A DNA stretch of 50,106 nucleotides from Macrostomum lignano (lineage: Eukaryota): the NCBI GenBank assembly GCA_002269645.1, contig NIVC01000502.1, forward strand, positions 1-50,106, in the 5' to 3' direction. The notes beneath the pieces were generated by a model. That model was not told the origin of the DNA. It ran no database searches and worked only from the letters and a program-made list of their open reading frames with translations. Positions 25,457 through 36,006 of this stretch are shown one piece after another (the first letter of the stretch is position 1; every line of letters starts with the position of its first letter). Both the position numbers and the translations under genes were made by a program.

Positions 25457-26351
25457 GTAGAGGCTGACAACTGCGTTGTTGGCTTCAATTTTGTCGACGA
25501 CGATCGAGGCCAAGACGAGGCCCACGAGCTGTACGAAGTGCTCAAAGCCAAGGTGGACAAGATGTCCACCCCGGCGGTGGCCCGCCAGCAGAATGTCCAG
25601 ACTGCGCCAGTCGTGATTGGTCGGCAGGCTTCGATTAGCAACAGCGCAGGCCAGCCGCAGACCCTGACCTCCGGCGCCGCTCCTAAAAAGTCGACAAGCT
25701 CGGCTGGAAAATCCGACAAAGCCGAGAAGCGCAAAGGAGGTGGCGGCGGCGGCGCCGGTCGCGGCCGCATCCGTCGCGAGGACATCGGCACGCCGACCAA
25801 TTTCCGACACGTGCAGCACGTCGGCTACGACACCCTGTCGGAGGCGGACGGCGGCGGCGATATTCAACGAGTGGAGATCGCTAACGATCCCGTGCTGAAA
25901 TTTCTATTCGGCCAGATTGGCGAGAACTTCGAACAGACAATGCAAACAAAGAAGGGCGCGAGAAAAGTGGAACAGTTTATTACTAATATGGGCGGCATTG
26001 ACAAAGTCCGGCAAATGGCCACGGACACTGGGTACGCGCCAGCGCCTGGCAACCAAAAGCAGCAGCAGCAGCAGCAGCCGCAGCCGCCTCCGCCGCCAAG
26101 CCGGGCGGCCCCGCAAGTTGCCAGGGCGCCGCCGCCGGTGCCTTCCGTCGGTGGCGGAGGTCGAGCGCCGCCGCCTCCGCCGCCACCGTCGAGACTTGGC
26201 GCTCCACCGCCGCCACCGCCGCCGCCGCCTCAGCAGCAGCCGCCGCCTGTGCCGAGCGCTCCGAGGCCCGCGCCTACCGTGCCGCCACAGCAGTCGCACC
26301 CCGTCCACCCCGTTGGAGGCTCCGGCGCTCCGCCACCTCCGCCGCCACCAC

Positions 26352-26400
<49 letters not shown>

Positions 26401-26776
26401 GAGTTCTGGAGGCGGCGGGCCTCCGCCGGCGCCGCCGCCGAAAAACGCTGACTTGACGGCTGCTCCACCCTCGTCTGGCGGAGGAGGCGGCGGTGGAGAG
26501 CGCAATTTCCTGTCTGATATTCGCGCCTTCAATAAGGACAAGCTGCGCCCGGCAGCCGAGACTAAGCAGGCTGCTGGTGGGCCAGGGTTCGATTCGGCTG
26601 GCGGAGGTTCAGCTGCTGGTGGAGGCGGCGGAGGAGCCGGTGGAGGCGCCGGCGATGGCGGCGGGCAAGACATGCTCAGCGCGTTGAAAGCCGCCATGCG
26701 CGACATTAACAAAGGCGCTCAGGGTGACTCGGACAGCGAGGAGGAGGAAGATGACAACGAATGGGAGGACGATTGA
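25457..26776 (+). CDS. WASp: WASP/N-WASP family protein (copy 1), exon 2: end of WH1, basic region, CRIB/GBD, polyproline, WH2-C-A (VCA)
   Basis: Acceptor ACGCAG|GTA GAG. CRIB DIGTPTNFRHVQHVG; GBD FITNMGG; long polyPro; WH2 RNFLSDIRAFNKDKLRP; central DMLSALKAAM; acidic EEEDDNEWEDD. Joined CDS is 539 aa. Confidence 0.95.
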
Positions 26777-27080
26777 TTTATTGATCGATTGATTGTTTAA
26801 CCAGATATTGATTTTATGAATAAAGGAAACAATTCGTACATTTATTGTTTATTTGATTGATTGACTGGTTAACTAGTTGATTGATTGATTGATTGTGTAG
26901 AGTATCATTCCTTCAGATTGACTGATTGATTGATTGATTGGTTGACTGGTTGAATGATTGACTGGTCGATGAATTCGTTGGTTGTTTGATTCATCCATTC
27001 ATTCACTGGTTGATTTATTTATTGATCGACTGATTGATAAATTGATTGGTTGGTTGGTTGATTGGTTGATTGATTCAAGT
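26775..27080 (+). repeat. Degenerate (TTGA/TTGG)n microsatellite in the WASP copy-1 3' region
   Basis: Direct reading. Confidence 0.85.
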
Positions 27081-28445
27081 AGCAGTTAATTGAAGGATGG
27101 AACATACCGATGACTTACCGATAATTGACTTGTTTCGCAAAGCACTTTATTTCGCAAAAACAGATACAATAATATTTAATGAAAAAGTTATTATTTTAGA
27201 ACAGATTAGCGCACCTGTGTGTGTACATGAGATTGTCAAATCAATTTTTCATCTTGCATAAATATTTATTATTTATTAATTAAATAATTTACTATACTTA
27301 TTCGTGATTCCTTAATATTGATCGCTCGGCTGTATTCAGTCTTATTTTTCGTGCTTCATAACTATAGCTGATCAAATAAAGACATCATTACTATTATTTA
27401 ATTCTAACATGTTTGCAACCTAATTTAATTATTTATCAAACCGAGTGCTATTAAAATCATGCTAACAGTATGCAATCCCTAAATTATTTTAACTATACAA
27501 GAAAACTGATAAATTATGAACATTGTACCTTTTCATTCCATTTTGTGCAGTCTTTGATGTTGGCCGTATAGATATTACACAGAAAAAATTGAAGTAATTT
27601 CGCAAAATTTTAAAGAATCATGTGGCATACACAAAAATTATTTGAAGCTTGTTTTTTGTTTTTTGTATTAGCGCAGAAAAGCTTCAATCTCAACACTTTT
27701 TACTGTTAGTAGCATTATTTGAACTTGAAGTTTAAATTTGTTATTGAATGTTAGAAATGTCGCCATCATAATTGATAGGTATATATAGGTGAAAGTCTGC
27801 CAATATTGATGGGTCGGTCCGGAGTGGCTGGGTTACCAAAGCAACAGCAACAACAACAACAACAGCAATTCTTATCAGCAGCAGCAGCAGCAGCAGCAAA
27901 CCCAGCCACGCTAATTTGACCGACCTTTTGCCCCCCTGCTGTACGATTGATTCAATTCCATTAGCTCTTATAACCCTGACTTTTGTTTAGAAAACAACTT
28001 TTCTTAATAGTACAGATTAACATTTTACTTTTGGTGAGAGATTCTTTCATCCTCCTGTCATTTCACTCTCAATTCACTTACTCAAAGTCACGACGTAACC
28101 AAGACAATTTATTGCCGCCGATATGTATAGAAAGCTACTATAATACACTATAAAAACCATGACTGATCAACTTTACGTTTTACGTAAGAGCAGTTTCGAT
28201 CTATTCAGATTTTATATAGGAATCACGCAACACGACATACATACATATCCGCTTCTCTAGATAGGTCTCTCGACTATGTTAAAAAACGTTTTTAGCGGCA
28301 AAGCGTATAGGCAAGACCATTCTTCTATAGGAGTGCGGTGAATTTATCGATCAACACAACACCCAAATCTAGTGCGTGTGGTAGCGAGCAGAGAGACCTC
28401 TAGCTATTAACTATGCTCTCTCATTAGCCACGTACCTCGGAAAGA

Positions 28446-29080
28446 GTCACCATCATAAGCTGGAAAAGTCACATCGTCGAAAAGTTTAGCAACCATCACA
28501 AGCTGGAAAAGTCACATCGTCGAAAAGCATCCACACCATCATAAGCTCGAAAAGTCGCATCGTCGAAAAGCATCCACCATCACAAGCTCGAAAAGCCCAG
28601 GTTAGGGTTAACTTTTCGACGATGTGCCTTTTCGATCTTGTGATGGGGCCCCTGTTTCGACAATGTGATTTTTCGAGCTTAGATGGCGACCCACTATAGC
28701 GTATCTAACCCTAAGGCTCAAGCTCAACCCTAACCCTAACCCTTTTCGAGCTTGTAATTAATGGTTGCTAAAAATTTTGACGATGTGACTTTTCGAGCTT
28801 GTGATGGTGGTTTCTTTTCGACGATGCGACTTTTCCAGCTTGTGATGGTGGTTGCTAAACTTTTCGATTGTGACTTTTCGAGTTTGTGATGGTGGTTGCT
28901 AAACTTTTCGATTGTGACTTTTCGAGCTTGTGATGGTGGTTGTAAAAATTTTCGACGATGTGACTTTTCGAGCTTGTGATGGTGGTTGCTAAACTTTTCG
29001 ACGATGTGACTTTTCGAGCTTGTGATGGTGGATGCTAAACTTTCGACGAAGTGATTTTTCGAGCTTATGGTGGCGACCCC
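28446..29080. mobile_element. Foldback/MITE-like element built from inverted ~45-bp repeat arrays, with short telomere-like TTAGGG/CCCTAA runs
   Basis: Left units ACCATCACAAGCTGGAAAAGTCACATCGTCGAAAAG (28446-28595); right units are their reverse complement (28612-29070). GTTAGGGTTA at 28601 and CCCTAA runs at 28705-28742. Confidence 0.6.
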
Positions 29081-29260
29081 TCGGAATTACCGGAGAATTG
29101 ACTATAGCTAAATGTCATTGTTAGCTACCTCCGCTGAAACTTACGCAGAACTTACGAAGCATGTACGATGGAGAATGGACTAATAATTTTGATCTATGTA
29201 TTGCGATCTCAGAGCTCTATTTGCCACTAGACAGAAGGGATATTTTAAGAAATAAAAATA

Positions 29261-29979
29261 CGAGGGGTGTCCCAGAAGTAGTGTCACTTTTGCTTGCTTC
29301 CACAAGTATTATTGTGTGACAAAAAATCAAATGCCCTAAAAGTTAGCGGCTTATTTTAGCTTTCATGCCACGAAAGTCCGATTTTTATAAGTGCTTCCTG
29401 CTGCAAGCAGCATGCATTAATTCACATACCCTTGGCTATAGAAATACACACAGCATAGTGCTTCATGCTCACTCAGAAGAAAGCCACAAGTAGAGCTGAT
29501 CAAGCACAGAGTTGCAAGACAGCAGCTGCAAGATCTGTTCCAGTCATGGACCCTAAATTTTGGGTAAGTTGGCAACACACTGCTGGCCAGCCTCGAACTG
29601 TTCGATCCACCTGTAAACCGTTCGTCGACTGATGGCATCGGGAGTCGGGTCCGTGAAAGCGGGTCAGGTTTTCGTGAATATCAGGGCATTTTTTGACTGG
29701 AACAGATCTTGCAGCTGCTGTCTTGCAACTCTGTGCTTAATCAGCTCTGCTTGTGGCTTTCTTCTGAGTGAGCATAGAAGCACTATGCGGTGTGCATTTC
29801 TATGGCTAGGGTATGCGAACAAATGCATGCTGGTTTCAGCAGGAAGCACTTATAAAAATCGGACTTTCGTGGCATGAAAGCTAAAATAAGCCGCTAACTT
29901 TTAGGGCATATGATTTTTTAACACACATTAATACTTGTGGAAGCAAGCAAAAATGACACTACTTCTGGGACACCCCTCG
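29261..29979. mobile_element. Tc1/mariner-type MITE, 719 bp, ~286-bp TIRs
   Basis: TIRs 29261-29546 and 29694-29979 begin CGAGGGGTGTCCCAGAAGTAGTGTCA and are flanked by TA at 29259-60 and 29980-81; 147-bp spacer. Confidence 0.9.
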
Positions 29980-30589
29980 TATTTTAACGCCAACTCACCC
30001 ATAAGACACATCAACTTCAGCAAGGCAAACAATATTCAAAACAAGTACACAACAAAATTATTAATAAAAGTTATTTAAGACTATCTCCTTTTTAATCCCT
30101 TTCATTGATTTTTGAACGATTTGGGCCACATAAAAGCAACAGTATTAAATCAGAAAAAGTATAAAAAATGACATCGATATTTTTTATTGAAAATCAAAAG
30201 ATGTATTTTTTTTGTCACCTTGACTTATGAGCCATGAAGCTTGTAGCAAAGGCCAGCAGCTTCACCATCAATGTTTATTTATATCAAATGAAAATTTGAG
30301 CTTTAGATTACGAGCGAGTAAAACCAAAAAGAAACAGAAATCTTTTCTCAACAAGCTTGTCACAAAATAAGATTGAAATAAAATAATTAAAAACAAATAA
30401 ATGACTTTGTTTTAAACGAAAAGCCAAATGCAGCGAAAAGCTGTGAAAAGCAATATTAAAATGCACCATAAGAGACGTCGTCATGGGAGCAGACTCGATA
30501 GATTATTGCTGGCACTAATTCGTTCAGCTTGTTTCAGCAACTTTGCAAAGATAAATACCAAGAGTTACCAGCACATAGCAACAGATGTA

Positions 30590-32040
30590 ACTACGAATTC
30601 TCAGGACTGAATTGGGGTGATTCTCAGGACTGAATTTTGGTGATTCTCAGGACTGAATTTTGGTGATTCTCAGGACTGAATTTTGGTGATTCTCAGGACT
30701 GAATTCGGTGATTCTCAGGACTGAATTCGGTGATTCTCAGGACTGAATTCGGTGATTCTCAGGACTGAATTCGGTGATTCTCAGGACTGAATTCGGTGAT
30801 TCTCAGGACTGAATTCGGTGATTCTCAGGACTGAATTGGGGTGATTCTCAGGACTAAATTCGGGTAATTCTCAGGACTGCATTGAAATGATTCTCAGGAC
30901 TGAATTCGGTGATTTTCAGGACTGAATTCGGTGATTCTCAGGACTGAATTCGGTGATTCTCAGGACTGAATTCGGGTAATTCTCAGGACTGCATTGAAAT
31001 GATTCTCAGGACTGAATTCGGTGATTCTCAGGACTGAATTGGGGTGATTCTCAGGACTGAATTCGGGTAATTCTCAGGACTGCATTGAAATGATTCTCAG
31101 GACTGAATTCGGTGATTCTCAGGACTGAATTCGGTGATTCTCAGGACTGAATTCGGGTAATTCTCAGGACTGCATTGAAATGATTCTCAGGACTGAATTC
31201 GGTGATTCTCAGGACTGAATTGGGGTGATTCTCAGGACTGCATTGAAATGATTCTCAGGACTGAATTCGGTGATTCTCAGGACTGAATTCGGTGATTCTC
31301 AGGACTGAATTCGGATGATTCTCAGGACTAAATTCGGGTAATTCTCAGGACTGCATTGAAATGATTCTCAGGACTGAATTCGGTGATTCTCAGGACTGAA
31401 TTCGGTGATTCTCAGGACTGAATTCGGGTAATTCTCAGGACTGCATTGAAATGATTCTCAGGACTGAATTCGGTGATTCTCAGGACTGAATTGGGGTGAT
31501 TCTCAGGACTGAATTCGGTGATTCTCAGGACTGAATTGGGGTGATTCTCAGGACTGAATTGGGGTGATTCTCAGGACTGAATTGGGGTGATTCTCAGGAC
31601 TGAATTGGGGTGATTCTCAGGACTGAATTCGGGTAATTCTCAGGACTGCATTGAAATGATTCTCAAGATTGAATTGGGGCGGTTCTCAAAACCGAATTGG
31701 GGTGATTCTCAGGACTGAATTCGGATGATTCTCAGGACTGAATTCGGTGATTCTCAGGACAGAATTTGGTGATTCTCAGGACTGAATTCGGATGATTCTC
31801 AGGACTAAATTCGGTGATTCTCAGGACTGAATTCGGTGATTCTCAGGACTGAATTGGGGTGATTCTCAGGACTGCATTGAAATGATTCTCAGGATTGAAT
31901 TGGGGTGGTTCTCAAAACTGAATTGGGATGATTCTCAGGACTGCATTGAAATAATTCTCAGGACTGAACTGGGGCGGTTCTCAAAACCGAATTGGGGTGA
32001 TTCTGAGAACTGAATTGGGGCGCGACGATTCTCAGGACTG
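30590..32040 (+). repeat. 22-bp satellite (GTGATTCTCAGGACTGAATTCG)n with 23-bp variants
   Basis: Period measured as 22 (30721 to 30743); about 63 units, many containing GAATTC. Confidence 0.96.
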
Positions 32041-32132
32041 CAATAAGGCGATTCTTTAAACGACTCATTAGTGACAATGCATATCCATAGTGACGGTCCG
32101 GTTGCTATGTGGCGGGTAAAGCATCGGAATGA

Positions 32133-34460
32133 TTAGTCTTCCCATTCGCTTTCGTCCTCATCATCATCATCAGACTCTGTACTGTCCTTTTCCACCGAGT
32201 CAATTTTATTCACAGCAGATTTCAAGTTACTCAACAGCTCGGCTCGCTGATTGTCAGTGGCAATTTTTGTACCGGGCGCAGGCGTCTTATCTGTCTTCTT
32301 GAACTTATTTAAGATGTCCTTAAAATTTGTGGGAGCTTCTTCTTCTTCTTCGTCTTTTGATGTGTCTTTATCCTTGTCGAATTTGTCCACAACGGGACTG
32401 GAACTGCCCTTCCGATTGGCTAGCTTCCTTTTCATTTCATTCACAACGCAGTCTTGATTAGTAACAGGGTTTTTTTCTACCTTCCGTTCAGGAAGATTGC
32501 GATTGCCAACCGGATTCAATTTCGCTCTTCCAAGCTGCATCGTCTCAGCAGTCAAGCCGCCGCCACCAATGCCTGGCATGGCCACTGCGCCGGGAGGAAG
32601 ATTAGGTCCGGGCGGTGCCGGCGGAGCAGGTGGGATGGGTCCGCCACCTTTCTTGATGACGATGGGCGGAGGCGGTGGTGGAGGGGGCGGAGGAGGCGGC
32701 GGAGCAGGTGGGATGTTACCACCAGATGTCTTGGCGCCGAAGGGCGGAGGCGGGGGAGGAGGGGGCGGAGGAGGCGGCGGAGCAGGCGGGATGTTACCAC
32801 CAGATGTCTTGGCGCCAAACGGCGGAGGCGGGGGAGGAGGGGGTGGAGGCGGCGGCGGAGCAGGTGGGATGTTACCACCAGATGTCTTGGCGCCAAAGGG
32901 CGGAGGCGGGGGAGGAGGGGGTGGAGGCGGCGGCGGAGCAGGTGGGATGTTACCACCAGATGTCTTGGCGCCGAAGGGTGGAGGCGGTGGAGGAGGCGGA
33001 GGAGGCGGCGGCGGAGCGGGAGGTATCTCTCCTGTCGGAGTAGCGTCTGTCTTTTTGACATTCTTCAACTTGTCATGCTTGAAGGCCCGCAAGGCCGCAT
33101 TCAATGGATCATTGGATTGGCCAAACGGACTGCTTTCACTGTTGTCAGGACTGCCAGGTGATGCCATTGTGTCATTCCCTCGACTCAAAAAGCTTTTACT
33201 TGGACTTTCGGGTGTCTGTGCGTGAACGCTCGGAACAGCAGGTGTACTCAAACAGTAGCTATCGGACCCTGGAGAACGGGCGCTCATCTTCAGTTTTTCA
33301 CTGCTTTCAGGACTGCCAGGTGCAGAAGCCGTTGTGTCATTCCCTCGACTCGGAGTGCTGTGGATTGGACTTTCTTGTCTGTCTGTGTGCACGCGCAGAA
33401 CAGGTGGTGTAGTCTCATATAAGCTCTCGGACGCTGGAGAACGGGCGCTCACCTGGGACGCAGGTGTCATCGGAGAATCAAAGCCTTCAGCAACGGCAAC
33501 CGCGTGTACCTGTTCCATACCGCCTATGCTGTTCACAATTTCTGAAATTTGCTCCCTGCCATGACTTGACTGCACAGTCTTATCCAAGTCATGGCCAAGT
33601 TTTCCAAGCAGGAACTTCAATGCCGGATCCTTAGCGATGTCCATCTGGTACTGGGCGCCTGTCTTTTGAGTATCGTTGTACCCAACGTGCAACACGTGGC
33701 GCACGTTAGTCGGACCGCTAATATCCTCGGGGCGGATTTTCTTGCTTTTGCCGGCGCCATCTGCGGTCTTATCCCGGTCCTTGCTCCTGCCTGGCTTGTG
33801 CCGCTTGAAGAATGCCTTCAGTCGGGCGCCCGTCTTCATTTTTGGAGAATTATCTGTGCTTTCCTTGTCTTTTCCCTTTTTCTTCTTGCTGCTTTTAACG
33901 TTGGGACTTTTGCCAACTCCAGGCGTACCAGACCTGCTGGGCCCTGAAGAGGGGCTCGACAGAGGCTCCGGAGTTGCCTCTCGAAGGCCCATCCGCTCAA
34001 CTTGTTGATTGAGCTGATTGGCGATCTCAGCAGCTTCAGCGCGTCCGATTTCCGTATTTTCAAAGTTGAACCCCACAACTTGGTCGTCGGCTTCAAACTG
34101 GTGAAATGTGTCGTCTTGGCTTTCGTATTCCATGCCCTGATAGATCTCTTGCTCGAATTTCAATTGGCGTCTGATTATATCGTAGAAGCGTAGGAAAAAT
34201 GAGCGACGATTAGCGTCGCGAACGAAGCAGAGAACGCCAGTCTCCTTCGGCACCCAGCGGCCCTGTTGAGCGTAAAATATTTGAGACACGGTGGCTGCTA
34301 GGGCGGTGCAGCGATCGCCCAGCAAGTTGAACAGTATGCCGGTCTCAATGGGACTTAACAGTCGGCTCTGATAGTTCTGAAAGCGAGGCGACTGAGGCGA
34401 CTGAGGCGACTGCAGTGGCGACTGGGGGCTGGCTGGAGAGCCAGAATTCGCACCCCTCAT
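32133..34460 (-). CDS. WASp: WASP family protein (copy 2), no intron in CDS, ~775 aa
   Basis: WH1 (LLGDRCTALA...GVLCFVRD...FEQEIY...HQFEAD), basic SKKKKGK, CRIB-like DISGPTNVRHVLHVG, polyPro repeats, acidic DDDDEDESEWED. Start taken at ATG 34460 because the ORF's first 24 codons look like a polypyrimidine tract/acceptor. Confidence 0.92.
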   Translation of the reverse strand: MRGANSGSPASPQSPLQSPQSPQSPRFQNYQSRLLSPIETGILFNLLGDRCTALAATVSQIFYAQQGRWVPKETGVLCFVRDANRRSFFLRFYDIIRRQLKFEQEIYQGMEYESQDDTFHQFEADDQVVGFNFENTEIGRAEAAEIANQLNQQVERMGLREATPEPLSSPSSGPSRSGTPGVGKSPNVKSSKKKKGKDKESTDNSPKMKTGARLKAFFKRHKPGRSKDRDKTADGAGKSKKIRPEDISGPTNVRHVLHVGYNDTQKTGAQYQMDIAKDPALKFLLGKLGHDLDKTVQSSHGREQISEIVNSIGGMEQVHAVAVAEGFDSPMTPASQVSARSPASESLYETTPPVLRVHTDRQESPIHSTPSRGNDTTASAPGSPESSEKLKMSARSPGSDSYCLSTPAVPSVHAQTPESPSKSFLSRGNDTMASPGSPDNSESSPFGQSNDPLNAALRAFKHDKLKNVKKTDATPTGEIPPAPPPPPPPPPPPPPFGAKTSGGNIPPAPPPPPPPPPPPPPFGAKTSGGNIPPAPPPPPPPPPPPPPFGAKTSGGNIPPAPPPPPPPPPPPPPFGAKTSGGNIPPAPPPPPPPPPPPPPIVIKKGGGPIPPAPPAPPGPNLPPGAVAMPGIGGGGLTAETMQLGRAKLNPVGNRNLPERKVEKNPVTNQDCVVNEMKRKLANRKGSSSPVVDKFDKDKDTSKDEEEEEAPTNFKDILNKFKKTDKTPAPGTKIATDNQRAELLSNLKSAVNKIDSVEKDSTESDDDDEDESEWED

Positions 34461-35169
34461 GTTCGAAGAGGACACGAGCTGCGAATTGGGCGCCAGAAGT
34501 GAAAAGCGAAAGAGTATGTAATCAATAATCAATATGGGATCAAAATGTCAAGTAAAAATATCGTTTGGACCCTATAATTATTAAAGGTAACAGCGAGTAA
34601 AAAAATAAGCGACTGTGTCTGTACGATTCAGACAAGTAGACTAATTTACTAATTTCATATGCGAAAGCAATGCTAGTAATGAATCATATTCAATCAAAAG
34701 AATAAACATAGTGACAATATCGTCGTCAACTAGAAAATCACCTTTTTAGAATGTATTTTTATCATCTTTATGTGAACACTTTACACTGATGCTACAAAAG
34801 CGTTTTAAAATGCATAAACACCACACCCCAAGGGAAGGCGGACGCGAGTGTTTGCGAGTATTGAGTAGCGTGACAGTGTGAATAGACACAACGGTCTTCT
34901 CAGCAGAAAGTCTATTTGTGCAGTACAGGAAATAGAAAAAAGAAAAAACTTCATGCAGCGTGAAAAAGGTAGAAGGTGAGGTAGGCTGAGTAAAAGCCAC
35001 GCGATATAAACCTTACGGCGGAGGGGTGCAGCGCAGAGGGGGGTTGACTTGGGGTTGATGTTAACAACCAATCAGCAAACGCCGATTGGATACCATATGC
35101 ATATATCGTACTTGCTTGATTTAACATTGATAGGCTTAAAACAGTAAAGATGTCTATGGTGGGGGTTCA

Positions 35170-35530
35170 AGGGGGGCCGTAGCCCAGCGGTAGCGCAGCT
35201 GCTCTGGTGTGCCAGCGACCCAGGCTCGATTCCAAGTGCAGTCACATTAATTTGGGGCTGAATTGGAATCTCGGCTTGGCTCTGCTCGTGCAATTAACGG
35301 CCTTGAGAGCCAACCCCCCAAGGCGCAGTGAAGTGTACATGCCTAACAATAATATAAAGTTAGGGCCGCTGTACACTCCTGTGTGAGTGTGTGCCTGCGT
35401 ACGTATCCGCGCGCTTGTATGCCTGCTCAGGGGAGTCGGCGGAATGGGCAGTAATGCCTCTCGCCGGTTGTGTGCCTATGTCGCTTAAAGTGCGCCAGGG
35501 TGCACACAACCCCCCTGCCTCTAATAAAAA
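35170..35530 (+). mobile_element. tRNA-derived SINE (~360 bp)
   Basis: A-box TAGCCCAGCGG (35180-35190), B-box GGCTCGATTCC (35223-35233), A-rich tail TAATAAAAA, and 14-bp flanking direct repeat ATGGTGGGGGTTCA (35156-35169; 35531-35544). Confidence 0.75.
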
Positions 35531-36006
35531 ATGGTGGGGGTTCAGAATGTCCATGCTGGGCTTGGACAGACCTATGTGGACAATTCCCCGGAAAATGTTT
35601 TTCCCGGGACCCTGGTGATTTTCCCTCTGTCTCTAGGTGCCCTGATATCCTCCCCGGGGAGAATTTCCGTTTTGTAATTTCATGCTAAGTTAACGATAGA
35701 ACTACCTACTGTAAATCTCCTCCCCTCCCTAAAAATGTTATAAGGTACGCTAGAACGGAGCAACGGAAGCACACGACATTCAGTAACACCGGCTAACGTT
35801 TTGTTGTGCACTTTCTCAAACAAAAATCAAGTCATCAGCCGAAAACAATTCTTGTCAGAAGGTCGGATTTTTCTTGTAAACGCTAATGTATTCAATGCAC
35901 CTCGGTGCGACAATCAGCACTGCACCTCATTGCGGGCTAGCCCAACCTTCAAATTTCATCAGGACGTCGACCACATGTGCCTAGATCGGCTCTGACGACT
36001 TCGTTG

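Noticed and set aside
24179-25800. 300-420 aa antisense ORFs (RLERRIKEVGEEDQGG repeats)
   Set aside because: Reverse translation of the intronic tandem array and of WASP exon edges.
25445-26712. Overlapping alternative-frame and antisense ORFs over the WASP genes (also 32251-34193, 39043-40751, 46761-48376)
   Set aside because: Expected shadows of GC-rich, Pro/Gly-rich coding sequence; no independent domain signal.
28597-28742. Possible telomere or chromosome-fusion site
   Set aside because: Only a few TTAGGG/CCCTAA hexamers embedded in an inverted-repeat element.
35173-35244. Functional tRNA gene
   Set aside because: A and B boxes are present but the acceptor stem pairs poorly, and it continues into a ~290-bp body with an A-rich tail and TSD, so it was called a SINE.
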